Made by a program: the position numbers and the translations under genes. From the NCBI GenBank assembly GCA_051532035.1, contig JAOPTW010000034.1, positions 29,466 through 93,465 of the forward strand: a stretch of 64,000 nucleotides of DNA, given 5' to 3'. Numbering within the stretch: position 1 is the first letter of the stretch; every line of letters starts with the position of its first letter. The notes beneath the pieces are model-generated. The model was given only the letters and a program-made list of their open reading frames with translations, had not been told where the DNA came from and ran no database searches. The stretch is from Fibrobacterales bacterium. GTDB lineage: Bacteria; Fibrobacterota; Fibrobacteria; Fibrobacterales; JAOPTW01. Of the stretch, positions 1 through 9,121 are shown piece after piece.

Positions 1-367
1 CCTGTTCTTCGGGAACATCTTCAAATTCACCACTCAAAGGATCCGAGATCACTTTGATATCAAATACCTGATCAAACCCCATACTTAAGAGTACCTGATG
101 TATTGAATCATTTGGAGATAAAATAACGACTCTTTCTTCAAATTGCACATCGTGAAGCCGGGCAACTTTTGCTATCAACCCTAAGTTGGTCGAGTCTATA
201 AAATCAGCTTCACTGAGGTCAATAGTAATATGGGGAAGTGGCTTATGACTCAAGGTCTCTTCTAAAAACTGATCAAAGCAAAAGCTCTTAAAGTACTTAA
301 GATCGCCGCGTAATTTTAGTTCAAGAGCATCGTCAGTACATCGGAATTTATAAAGGTCGCTACCCAT
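1..367 (-). CDS. STAS-domain anti-sigma factor antagonist (RssC/SpoIIAA-like), runs off the window edge
   Basis: Not in ORF track. Hand translation from ATG at 367: MGSDLYKFRCTDDALELKLRGDLKYFKSFCFDQFLEETLSHKPLPHITIDLSEADFIDSTNLGLIAKVARL...VLLSMGFDQVFDI. STAS motif IDLS..FIDST.LG is present; overlaps the upstream gene's stop by 8 nt. Confidence 0.85.
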   Translation of the reverse strand, partial: MGSDLYKFRCTDDALELKLRGDLKYFKSFCFDQFLEETLSHKPLPHITIDLSEADFIDSTNLGLIAKVARLHDVQFEERVVILSPNDSIHQVLLSMGFDQVFDIKVISDPLSGEFEDVPEEQ

Positions 368-1646
368 CAATCCCTCTCGAAATATGAAGAATTGTTATAT
401 CATCAGGTATATCAAGACTCTCAACAATACCAAGATCTGCTTTCATCGACTCAATAGTCACATTTGCCCCGTTACACACTTTTAATAATGCCTCCTCTTT
501 AGTGGCAACCTCTTTCATAGGCATTATATCAAGTATCCCATCAGAAAAAAGTGTTAAGCTAAAGGAGTCAGGGAGATTCATTGTTTTAGAAATATACTGA
601 GCGCGAGGAAAAAGCCCAATAGCCATTCCTCCCTCTTTTATCATCTCACACCGCTCACCATCATACACAATGGGATAGGGGTATTGAGCACCAGTGGCAT
701 AAGAGAGTTCATTACGTGGCGTATTAATCACCCCATAAAAGAGTGTCAAATGTTTATTGAGGTTCTCGGTCATAATCTCACTATTGAGATTAAACAGTAC
801 CTCACTTGGATTCAAAATAGCCCTATCACCCTGACTGCGATACCGCTCTTGGTACCCATTAATAAAACTTTTTAAAAGTACTGTTATAAATGAACTCGAC
901 AATCCGTGCCCAGATACATCTGCAATATAAAAACCGATGTGATGATTATCAATTTCAAAGTAGTCTACAAAGTCACCACTTAAAAATTGTGAGGGGAGCA
1001 CTAAATTCGAAAAGTTATACCCCTGAATTTTTTCAAATGTATTGGGAAGCAGCTTGTTTTGTATACGCATACCTGCTTCAAGGTCTGACTCAAGTATCAT
1101 TAATGATTCTTGTAGCTTCTCTGTTCGCTCAGCAACCTGACGTTCGAGAGAGTTATTCATTTGGGCAATTTTGTGAATGTAATTAAACGAACGGAGTGAC
1201 GTAGTAATGGTGGTAATCAAAGTAATGGAAGACATCTCTGTCTTCTCTTTATAATCATTGATATCATACTCTATAATTACTTGACTCTGAGGTGCATGTC
1301 CCGGTTGGCCCGTTCTCAATACTATTCGAATATCACTATTTTTTAACGTATTGCGAATAAATTCTACGAGTCTAAGCCCCGCATCATCCTCTTCCATTAC
1401 AACATCAATAATTGCAACGGCAAAATCTATATCACCCTGTAAAATTTCTTCCGCCTCTCTTCGAGAATAAGCCTTTACAAGATTGAGTCGTTTATTTTCA
1501 AAAGAGTAGGTTTTTAAAACAAGCGCTGTGACTTTATGCACTTCTGCATCATCATCCACAACCAAAATATTCCAGACAGAATCATTAGAATCCCCAACAT
1601 TCTCTTCATCTTCAAAAAACTCGATTAATTCATTTTCGGAGTTCAT
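360..1646 (-). CDS. Response regulator receiver + PP2C/SpoIIE phosphatase (RssB/RsbU-like)
   Basis: N-terminal REC (ILVVDDD, IIDVVM), coiled coil, and PP2C motifs SGDFVDY, IADVSGHG, FSDGI, DDIT. Confidence 0.88.
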   Translation of the reverse strand: MNSENELIEFFEDEENVGDSNDSVWNILVVDDDAEVHKVTALVLKTYSFENKRLNLVKAYSRREAEEILQGDIDFAVAIIDVVMEEDDAGLRLVEFIRNTLKNSDIRIVLRTGQPGHAPQSQVIIEYDINDYKEKTEMSSITLITTITTSLRSFNYIHKIAQMNNSLERQVAERTEKLQESLMILESDLEAGMRIQNKLLPNTFEKIQGYNFSNLVLPSQFLSGDFVDYFEIDNHHIGFYIADVSGHGLSSSFITVLLKSFINGYQERYRSQGDRAILNPSEVLFNLNSEIMTENLNKHLTLFYGVINTPRNELSYATGAQYPYPIVYDGERCEMIKEGGMAIGLFPRAQYISKTMNLPDSFSLTLFSDGILDIMPMKEVATKEEALLKVCNGANVTIESMKADLGIVESLDIPDDITILHISRGIDG

Positions 1647-1754
1647 TTGCCCGTCACACAGTTCCTGATCATTATTAACAGTATAGCACTTTACGCTTCA
1701 ACATTCTAGATATTATCAAATTTTTAATCGATTCAAGATATTTTAATCGGCCAC

Positions 1755-2846
1755 TCAACATACACCTTGAACAGATGAATAATCAGTGTTTTTAGGAAAA
1801 GTGAGAAGAAACCGGGCTCCACCACCGTCATTTTCTTCAACATCAATACTCCCCCCGTGGGCCTCCATGACATATTTCGAAATTGCCAAGCTTAACCCTT
1901 GCCCTTTATTATGGTGCATGATATCACTAATTGAAAACTCATCAAAAATAGCCGCCCTGTGTTTATGGGCAACCCCTTCACCACCATCGGCAACAGAAAC
2001 GGTTACAACATTATCTACATCGGTAATATCAACCTCAACGGCCCCACCTATGGGTGAAAATTTAATTGCATTTTGGAGAAGGTACCCTAATACTTTTTGC
2101 AAATAGCTCCAATCTACGTCCAGTAATACGGGTTCCGAAGCGTTATTAATCAGCACCACATTTTTTGCTTCAGCAACGGGCTTAAACTCTTCTACCACTT
2201 GGTCAACTCTGGAATGCAGTAGAATTGAAGAACGTTGAATAGAGCGTTCAGATTTTATTTCGCAAATAAGTTTTGTTTTTTCTGCAAATTCTAACAATTG
2301 ATACCCACAATCTACCATTAGACGAATATTGCCTCGATGCACCTCGGGAATCTCTTGTTCATCTACAAGCATATTACCAATGCCAATTATACCATTCAGT
2401 GGTGTGCGCGTTTCATGACTAAACAATTTAAGGAGGTCACCTTTTATAGCATCAACTTCTTCGGTGCGTTTTAGTTTAATAAAAACCTTGACCTTCGCTA
2501 TGAGCTCTTCGTCAATAAATGGCTTTGTAATGTAATCATCCGCCCCCACTTTATAGCCATGAAGCCGCTCATCAATCATAGATTTACCCGAAACCAATAT
2601 CACTTTAGTAAATGCATAATCAGGATTTTTTCTAATGGTACTACACACCTCATATCCATCAATACCAGGCATCATAATATCAAGCAGAACCAGATCCGGT
2701 CCAAAATCCGGCATCATCTCCAATGCCTCATCGCCATTTGTCGCAACCGCTAGCTCGTATGATTCCTCTAAAATTTCTTCAAAGATCCCAACATTTATGG
2801 GGTCATCATCAACAATAAGAATTTTATTCCCGGCTACCATTGTCAT
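1755..2846 (-). CDS. Hybrid REC-histidine kinase
   Basis: REC (ILIVDDD, LLDIMMP, KPF), H-box SHETRTPL, N-box NAIKFS, G1 DGGEG. Confidence 0.9.
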   Translation of the reverse strand: MTMVAGNKILIVDDDPINVGIFEEILEESYELAVATNGDEALEMMPDFGPDLVLLDIMMPGIDGYEVCSTIRKNPDYAFTKVILVSGKSMIDERLHGYKVGADDYITKPFIDEELIAKVKVFIKLKRTEEVDAIKGDLLKLFSHETRTPLNGIIGIGNMLVDEQEIPEVHRGNIRLMVDCGYQLLEFAEKTKLICEIKSERSIQRSSILLHSRVDQVVEEFKPVAEAKNVVLINNASEPVLLDVDWSYLQKVLGYLLQNAIKFSPIGGAVEVDITDVDNVVTVSVADGGEGVAHKHRAAIFDEFSISDIMHHNKGQGLSLAISKYVMEAHGGSIDVEENDGGGARFLLTFPKNTDYSSVQGVC

Positions 2847-3120
2847 TTCCCTCGTGCTTTGCCATCGTCACTATTGAGAAGTCAAACAAAAGACATCTCT
2901 TCTCATTAAACTCAAGCAATCCTTTTTTAGAGACTTATGCTCTTTCAAATATGCATCTAATAATTTCCTAGAACTTATCATACCAATCTTAAAGACAAAT
3001 GAGCATAAATTAATATAATAAGATAACGAATGTAAGCAATATTATTTTGATATATTTTTGGTATTTAGTAAACTTGGGTTAGTATCACCCCATTTATCCA
3101 TTTTTTTCGGGAGTATACAT

Positions 3121-3151
3121 ATAAAAAGGTCCATACTATGAACCTTTTTAT
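3121..3151 (-). terminator. Probable intrinsic terminator after the TIGR02147-like gene
   Basis: Minus strand reads AAAAAGGTTCAT-AGT-ATGGACCTTTTT: hairpin plus T tract. Confidence 0.65.
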
Positions 3152-3192
3152 ATTAAACACGAGAGAAAAAGAGTACGACGTACTCAATTCAT

Positions 3193-4029
3193 TTATTTCT
3201 GTTTTGTAAGCGGGAATAACTGTACATTCATCTGATATACTTGATCAGCTGCTTTGTCATCAAAAGCTATCTTCGCGAGCCTTTTACGATACTCAGCAGT
3301 CTCCTCTTTAACCTTATCCATGCTCTCTGCAGAGAGCGTAAGGGTCATAGTAGACACATCTCGTTCATCGGATTGAAATTTGTTTAATGCGCGTTTCGCC
3401 AACTCCATTGTAACAATTTGAAAATTCGCCAGCTGCATAGAACCAACATCACCGGTATCAGCAGAGAGTGACTCCTCTTTTTGCTTAAGGAAGCCCTCTT
3501 CATCATATTCGATAAGGTCAAGCGCCAACAAGTCTTTAACCGCTTTCTCTGCCTGAGCAGCTGTTATAGAAGGCTCCATAATCTTAGCGAGCAGACGATA
3601 GTCATCTTTTACCTCTAAGAAATAGAGTGCTTCTCGAATCGCGACATAATACCACCGAGAGAATAGATTATACTCCCTCTTTTGAAGGTACTTTGTAGAA
3701 ACTCCCTGAAGGGTGAGTAACCGATTATAAAATTCGTTCTTTTCATCAAGGGTTTTCGCTTGATTAAACAGCACCAATGTTTCGAAATATCGCGTTTCCG
3801 CTTTCTTCAATTTGAAAATCTTTGCCATTTTCAAAACATGTGTTGGAGTGAGATTCTTCTTACCAGAAATTACATTTGCAATAAAACCGGTGGAAGATAT
3901 TTTCATCTGTTTAAGAAGAAACCTTTGAGAAAAAGATTTGTCTTCTTTTTTCAGATCTACAGAATGATCTTTAATGAATACTCGATAATCAGTATAAGTA
4001 TATATGTCTGCCATGTGCCTGTCTGCCAT
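3193..4029 (-). CDS. TIGR02147/DUF4423-family protein (putative HTH regulator)
   Basis: Family-like motifs IYTYTDYR, FSQR, SGKKNL, WYYVAIRE, RDVSTMT, VYQMNVQLFPLT. Start moved to ATG 4029 (AGGGAC upstream). Confidence 0.8.
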   Translation of the reverse strand: MADRHMADIYTYTDYRVFIKDHSVDLKKEDKSFSQRFLLKQMKISSTGFIANVISGKKNLTPTHVLKMAKIFKLKKAETRYFETLVLFNQAKTLDEKNEFYNRLLTLQGVSTKYLQKREYNLFSRWYYVAIREALYFLEVKDDYRLLAKIMEPSITAAQAEKAVKDLLALDLIEYDEEGFLKQKEESLSADTGDVGSMQLANFQIVTMELAKRALNKFQSDERDVSTMTLTLSAESMDKVKEETAEYRKRLAKIAFDDKAADQVYQMNVQLFPLTKQK

Positions 4030-4280
4030 TATGATTGTCCCTAAGAGCACCTCTTAATACTCAAAAAAACAATTCGTTATTTTAAATGAATCTCCCATAA
4101 CATAGAGTTTATTTTGATAAAGTCAAACAGAAAACGGGGAAATTTCCATATTTGTATGCTTTTCCGCTCTATATCTAAAAAAACATCACTTTTGGTCATT
4201 TTTAACCCTAAAATAACCCAACATACAGTTGAGTTATTAGTGGTGACTACAAAGTCAGGGGAAGCAAAAAGGTCTAATAA

Positions 4281-5855
4281 TTAGACCACTAAGAATGTAG
4301 GGATATATACACAAAACTCCGTCCCTTGATCAAGTACTGAATCAACGGTTATCACCCCATTTAAACTCGTCACAATTCCATGGACTACCGAGAGCCCCAT
4401 CCCCGTTCCTTCATTGATGGGTTTAGTGGTATAAAATGGCTCAAATATATGACTCATAACAGATTCCGGTATCCCCTCTCCAGTATCCGAGACGGTTAAT
4501 TTAACATACTCTCCAGGAGTTCCGCCATGCCGCTCTACAAAGGAGACATCAACAAAAACACTTTTTAATACTACCTCAATAACTCCCCCCGCTTTTGACA
4601 AGGCATACACGGCATTAGTCAACAAATTAAGGGTTACCTGCTGGAGAATACTGGAATTTGCCTTTACCATCATTAAAGAGCTCTCAAAGCTTGTTTTGAT
4701 GGTAACCCATTGAGACAAGCCCGACTCTATTATGACAATTGATCCGGTTACTACCGGCACAAAGTCTATATCTTTAACTGTTTCTTCAGTTTTTCGACTA
4801 AAATCGAGAATTTGTTGAATTATTTCTTTAGCTCGCTCACCGGCTATTTGAGCCCGGTGTAATTTTTTTTGAATACCAGGATTCTCTTTTGTCTCTTGCT
4901 GAACCATGGTAATATTAAGCATCATAGCATAGAGAATATTATTAAAGTCATGGGCAATCCCCCCTGCCAAGGTCCCAATCGCTTCCTTTTTAAGAGCCTG
5001 TCTTAGATGCGCCTCCATCACTTTTTCGTGACTAATATCACGACTTATGCTCACCATTTTACTCAAATTTTCATCACTATCTTTTAACCCGGAAAGCGTA
5101 CGTCGTTCAGTATAATAGTCACCATTTTTCTTTTTATTAACCAATTCTCCAGACCATTCACTCCCAGTGGTGAGCACCTCTTTAATTACAGGTGTTAAAT
5201 CACTGTTTTTGTCAATATCAAAAAAGCCATAGGCTCGTTTACCTACAAGCTCACCAGAAGAATACCCGGTTATAGATTCAAATGCTCGATTAACGTACTC
5301 AAAAGTCCCGTGAAGATCCGTAACACTTACCCCTTCAGAGAGTTGCTCAACAATGGCCGCCAACTCCTCATTTTTCTTTTGAACCTTAACCCTCTCTTCA
5401 ATCTCTTGGGTGAGTTCACGAGTACGTTCTTCAACCATCGCCTCTAAATTACTATGGTATCTATTGAGAGCCTCGGCATTTTCACGCATTTTTATAGAAC
5501 GCTCAACCAACACGGGTATCGTGGTTAAATAGTTACCCGCAACATCCTTTGTGATATAATCATACGCTCCCGCCTTCATTGCACGAACCGCAACCTCTTC
5601 ATCACCCAAACTTGTGACAATGATAACGGGAATCTCTGTACAATAACCTATGACATCAAAGGCGGTTCCATCGCCCAAAAGATAGTCCGCAATGACCAAA
5701 TCATAGGTATCGGTTGTGATTTTATAAAGCGCTTCTTTACAGTTCGACACCATATCAAAATCAAAGCTGAATTGACGTTTGACTGCCGCACGCTTAAAGG
5801 CCATCTGATCCATAGCATCATCTTCAACATAAAGTACTCGATATTTTTCAGACAT
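4281..5855 (-). CDS. Hybrid REC-PAS-histidine kinase
   Basis: REC (LYVEDD, IADYLL), PAS (YVNRAFESITGYS, NKKKNG), H-box GGIAHDFNN, FEPFYTTK, GTGMGL. ATG at 5855 overlaps the upstream stop. Confidence 0.9.
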   Translation of the reverse strand: MSEKYRVLYVEDDAMDQMAFKRAAVKRQFSFDFDMVSNCKEALYKITTDTYDLVIADYLLGDGTAFDVIGYCTEIPVIIVTSLGDEEVAVRAMKAGAYDYITKDVAGNYLTTIPVLVERSIKMRENAEALNRYHSNLEAMVEERTRELTQEIEERVKVQKKNEELAAIVEQLSEGVSVTDLHGTFEYVNRAFESITGYSSGELVGKRAYGFFDIDKNSDLTPVIKEVLTTGSEWSGELVNKKKNGDYYTERRTLSGLKDSDENLSKMVSISRDISHEKVMEAHLRQALKKEAIGTLAGGIAHDFNNILYAMMLNITMVQQETKENPGIQKKLHRAQIAGERAKEIIQQILDFSRKTEETVKDIDFVPVVTGSIVIIESGLSQWVTIKTSFESSLMMVKANSSILQQVTLNLLTNAVYALSKAGGVIEVVLKSVFVDVSFVERHGGTPGEYVKLTVSDTGEGIPESVMSHIFEPFYTTKPINEGTGMGLSVVHGIVTSLNGVITVDSVLDQGTEFCVYIPTFLVV

Positions 5856-6930
5856 CCACACCACACTGCACTACAGATTTTTTAAAATCGAGTATAAAAC
5901 ATGAACCCTTATTCAGTTCAGATGTTACGGAGACACTCCCCTCATAACGGTGCATCAATTTTTTTACAATTGCGAGCCCGACCCCACTACTTTCATTATG
6001 TGACGCAACCGTTGTAAACATCTTAAAAATTTCTTCGTGGTGCTCTTTAGGTATCCCTGGACCGGTATCACTCACAATAAAACGTTCATACTGTTTCCCT
6101 CCTTGATACTCAATAGTCACCACTCCAAGTCCACCCGCAGGCGTAACCATATACTTTTCGGCATTTGAGATGATGTTTTGAAACAACTGAACCAGGTGGG
6201 TTTTATTGGCCAATAAGAGGGGAAACTCATTTTTTTTGATGAGTCGAATTTTTGATGACGTCGAAAAAAGCGCATGTAATTCATCGTACACAGAATTCAT
6301 ATCAACTTCTGAGCGTTTATTCTCTTTACCAGCCCTCGAATAGAGTAATACACCATCGATAAGCCGATTCATTTGTTCAACCCTTCCACAGAGCATCCCC
6401 ATTTGTTCACGACCATCATCATCAAAAAGGTGTCCATAATCATCAATAATCCAACTACTCAGTTGATATATTGCACGAAGAGGGGTCTTAAGATCATGAG
6501 AAACAACATAGGCAAAATCATTCAGGTCACTATTTATTTTTTCGAGTTGAGCAGCACGTTCAAATACTTTTTTTTCAAGAGACTTTTTTGTAACTTCACT
6601 CTTTCTCAGAGTTACTACAAACCCCGCCTCCTCTTCAAACAATTGTGCCGAGACTTCCAAGGCAATGGCGTCTGAGGTAGATACTTTTGGATAACACGTA
6701 ATAGGCTCCCCGAGAGCCATTGCCAATTGACTGAGCACCGTATTACCCTCACAATCCACAATGAGGGCATCAAAAAGCCGTTCTTCTCCGAGGCCACCGA
6801 GAAGCTTCTGAGCGCAGGGATTGGCATAAAGCACCACTCCATCCGCCCCCACTCCTACCAGACCCACATCAGCATAAGCCACCATCTGCTTAAAGAGCTC
6901 ATTTTCTTGTTTATTCACCATTTCACCCAC
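5848..6930 (-). CDS. PAS-like sensor histidine kinase
   Basis: FAYVVSHDLKTPL H-box, QNIISNAEKY N-box, DTGPGI, SGVGLAIVKK. Confidence 0.88.
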   Translation of the reverse strand: MGEMVNKQENELFKQMVAYADVGLVGVGADGVVLYANPCAQKLLGGLGEERLFDALIVDCEGNTVLSQLAMALGEPITCYPKVSTSDAIALEVSAQLFEEEAGFVVTLRKSEVTKKSLEKKVFERAAQLEKINSDLNDFAYVVSHDLKTPLRAIYQLSSWIIDDYGHLFDDDGREQMGMLCGRVEQMNRLIDGVLLYSRAGKENKRSEVDMNSVYDELHALFSTSSKIRLIKKNEFPLLLANKTHLVQLFQNIISNAEKYMVTPAGGLGVVTIEYQGGKQYERFIVSDTGPGIPKEHHEEIFKMFTTVASHNESSGVGLAIVKKLMHRYEGSVSVTSELNKGSCFILDFKKSVVQCGVDV

Positions 6931-7065
6931 ATTTAACCATTAAAATAATATTTTCTCAATGATCCGATTTGCCAATATTCATCCCCAAAAGCTAATATAC
7001 TATTTATCGAATTAGAGGTGTGATCAAACCCACAATCAACTCAATTTTTGCTATTTTTAAAAGTT

Positions 7066-8244
7066 ATGATACTACATGGCAAAAAGATTCTTCTCGGAGT
7101 AACAGGCGGTATTGCAGCTTATAAGTCCTGCCTTATTTTACGAGAATTCCAAAAACTGGGTGCAGAGATTAGAGTGGTTATGACCGAAGCCGGAAATAAA
7201 ATGGTGGGCTTTGAAACCTTTCAGGCTCTCACCAAACATCCTGTCTATATTGACACCTTTTCGGACCACCCCAAATCATTTTTTCAACATATCGACATTG
7301 CTAAATGGGCTGACATATATCTCATTGCCCCCTGCACAGCAAATACCATTGCAAATATTGCCCATGGTAACGGTTCAGACAGTGTTTCCCTCAGCTACCT
7401 TTCGACGAGTTGTCCAAAAGTGATTGCCCCCGCAATGAACTCTGATATGTTTGCGCAGCAGGTGGTTCAAGACAATCTCAAAAAACTTGAAGAGTATGGT
7501 GCTACCATTATTGACCCTGAATATGGGCGTATGGCCTGTGGTGATCTCGGTCCTGGCCGACTTCCGGCATTAGAGACGATTATTGACGCCACCATTGACC
7601 TCCTCCTCCCTCCCCCAACAAAGGGGCAGGTCCTCATCACTGCAGGACGCACTGAAGAAGCCATAGATACTGTTCGCTACATTAGTAATAAGAGCAGTGG
7701 AAAAACTGCTGTTGCAATCGCAGAGGCGTTTCGTGCAGCGGGCTATGCCGTTACCGTAGTTAACGGACCCATGGAAGCGCGCCTTCCTGTATATATAGAT
7801 TCTATCTCCGTGAGAACTGCCCAAGAAATGTTCGAAGCTACTACCTCATTTGACGCTGACATTTATATTATGGCAGCAGCAGTCGCAGATTTTCGAGTGA
7901 CCTCTCCAAGTGATCAAAAAATCAAAGGAAGTAGTGAGCTTACTGAGTTGAGCTTAGTACGTAATCCCGATATCCTTGCCCATGTAGCTGAACACCGTAC
8001 AGAGGAGCAAAAGGTTATTGGATTTGCTCTCGAAACTGAGAACCCCATCAAGTATGCTTGCACAAAATTAGCCTCTAAAAAATGCGATGCAATTTTTGTA
8101 AATACCCCAATCAAACATGATTCAGGCATTGGATTTGATTCGGCAGAAGGGGCATTAATTACCCCTCAATCTACCCCTGATACACTCACACTTATGAGCA
8201 AATCAGCTATTGCTCAAACCTTGGTGGAGTTTTGTAATGGATGA
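7066..8244 (+). CDS. coaBC: Bifunctional phosphopantothenoylcysteine decarboxylase/synthetase
   Basis: LLGVTGGIAAYK, PCTANTIA, PAMN, MACGDLGPGRL, ITAGRTEE.ID.VRYISNKSSGK, GFALET. Confidence 0.95.
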   Translation: MILHGKKILLGVTGGIAAYKSCLILREFQKLGAEIRVVMTEAGNKMVGFETFQALTKHPVYIDTFSDHPKSFFQHIDIAKWADIYLIAPCTANTIANIAHGNGSDSVSLSYLSTSCPKVIAPAMNSDMFAQQVVQDNLKKLEEYGATIIDPEYGRMACGDLGPGRLPALETIIDATIDLLLPPPTKGQVLITAGRTEEAIDTVRYISNKSSGKTAVAIAEAFRAAGYAVTVVNGPMEARLPVYIDSISVRTAQEMFEATTSFDADIYIMAAAVADFRVTSPSDQKIKGSSELTELSLVRNPDILAHVAEHRTEEQKVIGFALETENPIKYACTKLASKKCDAIFVNTPIKHDSGIGFDSAEGALITPQSTPDTLTLMSKSAIAQTLVEFCNG

Positions 8245-9118
8245 ATTAACCCTTCAAGATATTAACGCCTATCTCACTCTTGAAGCTGAGCTCTCTTGTG
8301 ATGAACTGATCTTTGACGAACCATTTTTACTCAAGGAGATTACACCACTCCAAGGGGCTGCGCCGTCTGCACAAAGTGAAACGCCTTCAGTAGCAACACC
8401 ACAAGGGCAGAGCGTTCCTCAAGAGTCGATTTCTGAAAAGCCACTTCACTATGAAGTGCCCTCTGCAAATATCGATGCAGGCCCTGCAAAGATTGAAACT
8501 AAAATTGAAGCCCCACCATCCGCAGACCTTTTTGCTAAAGCCCCCGGTTGGAAACCATCTCGTAACCAATATGACACGAGCTCGTTTGGGCAAGCGACCG
8601 ACATAAAAGCATTTAATCAACAGTCCTGGGAACACCCATATTATAAATCTGGTAATGGTCACTCTCACCTACTCTTTGGACATGGACCGCACCAATGCAG
8701 AGTGCTCCTTGTTACCACATGGCCATTTCAAGAGGATATCGATCTAAAGGCACCATTTACTGGTCAAGATGGCGAACTTCTCTCAAAAATGTTACACTTT
8801 ATTCACGTTGAATTTAATATGTGTTACACAACTTTTTTAAAGAAGATGCCTCACAAAGGGAGTTTCAAAGCTCGAGAACTCAGCTTTTTAAGAAAGTTAC
8901 TCATACAAGAGATTGCATTGATTAAACCGGACTATATTTTAATACTCGGCAACAAGTGTGGACAGTTAATTCTTGAAACTGATACCCCATTCCAACAACA
9001 GGGAACCACCTTTGCTGAGAGACCTACCTACATTACCTATCACCCACGAGAACTGAGTGATACTGATAAAAAACGAGAAGCAATGACCCACTTAACCGCA
9101 TTAGCACAGAACTTTTAA
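8237..9118 (+). CDS. Uracil-DNA glycosylase family 4-like protein, motifs degenerate
   Basis: ED...PFTG..G.LL..ML, QEIALIKP, LG and TYHP fit the UDG-F4 fold; GE(A/G)PG and the Fe-S cysteines are absent. Start at MDELTL overlaps the coaBC end. Confidence 0.7.
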   Translation: MDELTLQDINAYLTLEAELSCDELIFDEPFLLKEITPLQGAAPSAQSETPSVATPQGQSVPQESISEKPLHYEVPSANIDAGPAKIETKIEAPPSADLFAKAPGWKPSRNQYDTSSFGQATDIKAFNQQSWEHPYYKSGNGHSHLLFGHGPHQCRVLLVTTWPFQEDIDLKAPFTGQDGELLSKMLHFIHVEFNMCYTTFLKKMPHKGSFKARELSFLRKLLIQEIALIKPDYILILGNKCGQLILETDTPFQQQGTTFAERPTYITYHPRELSDTDKKREAMTHLTALAQNF

Positions 9119-9121
9119 ATT

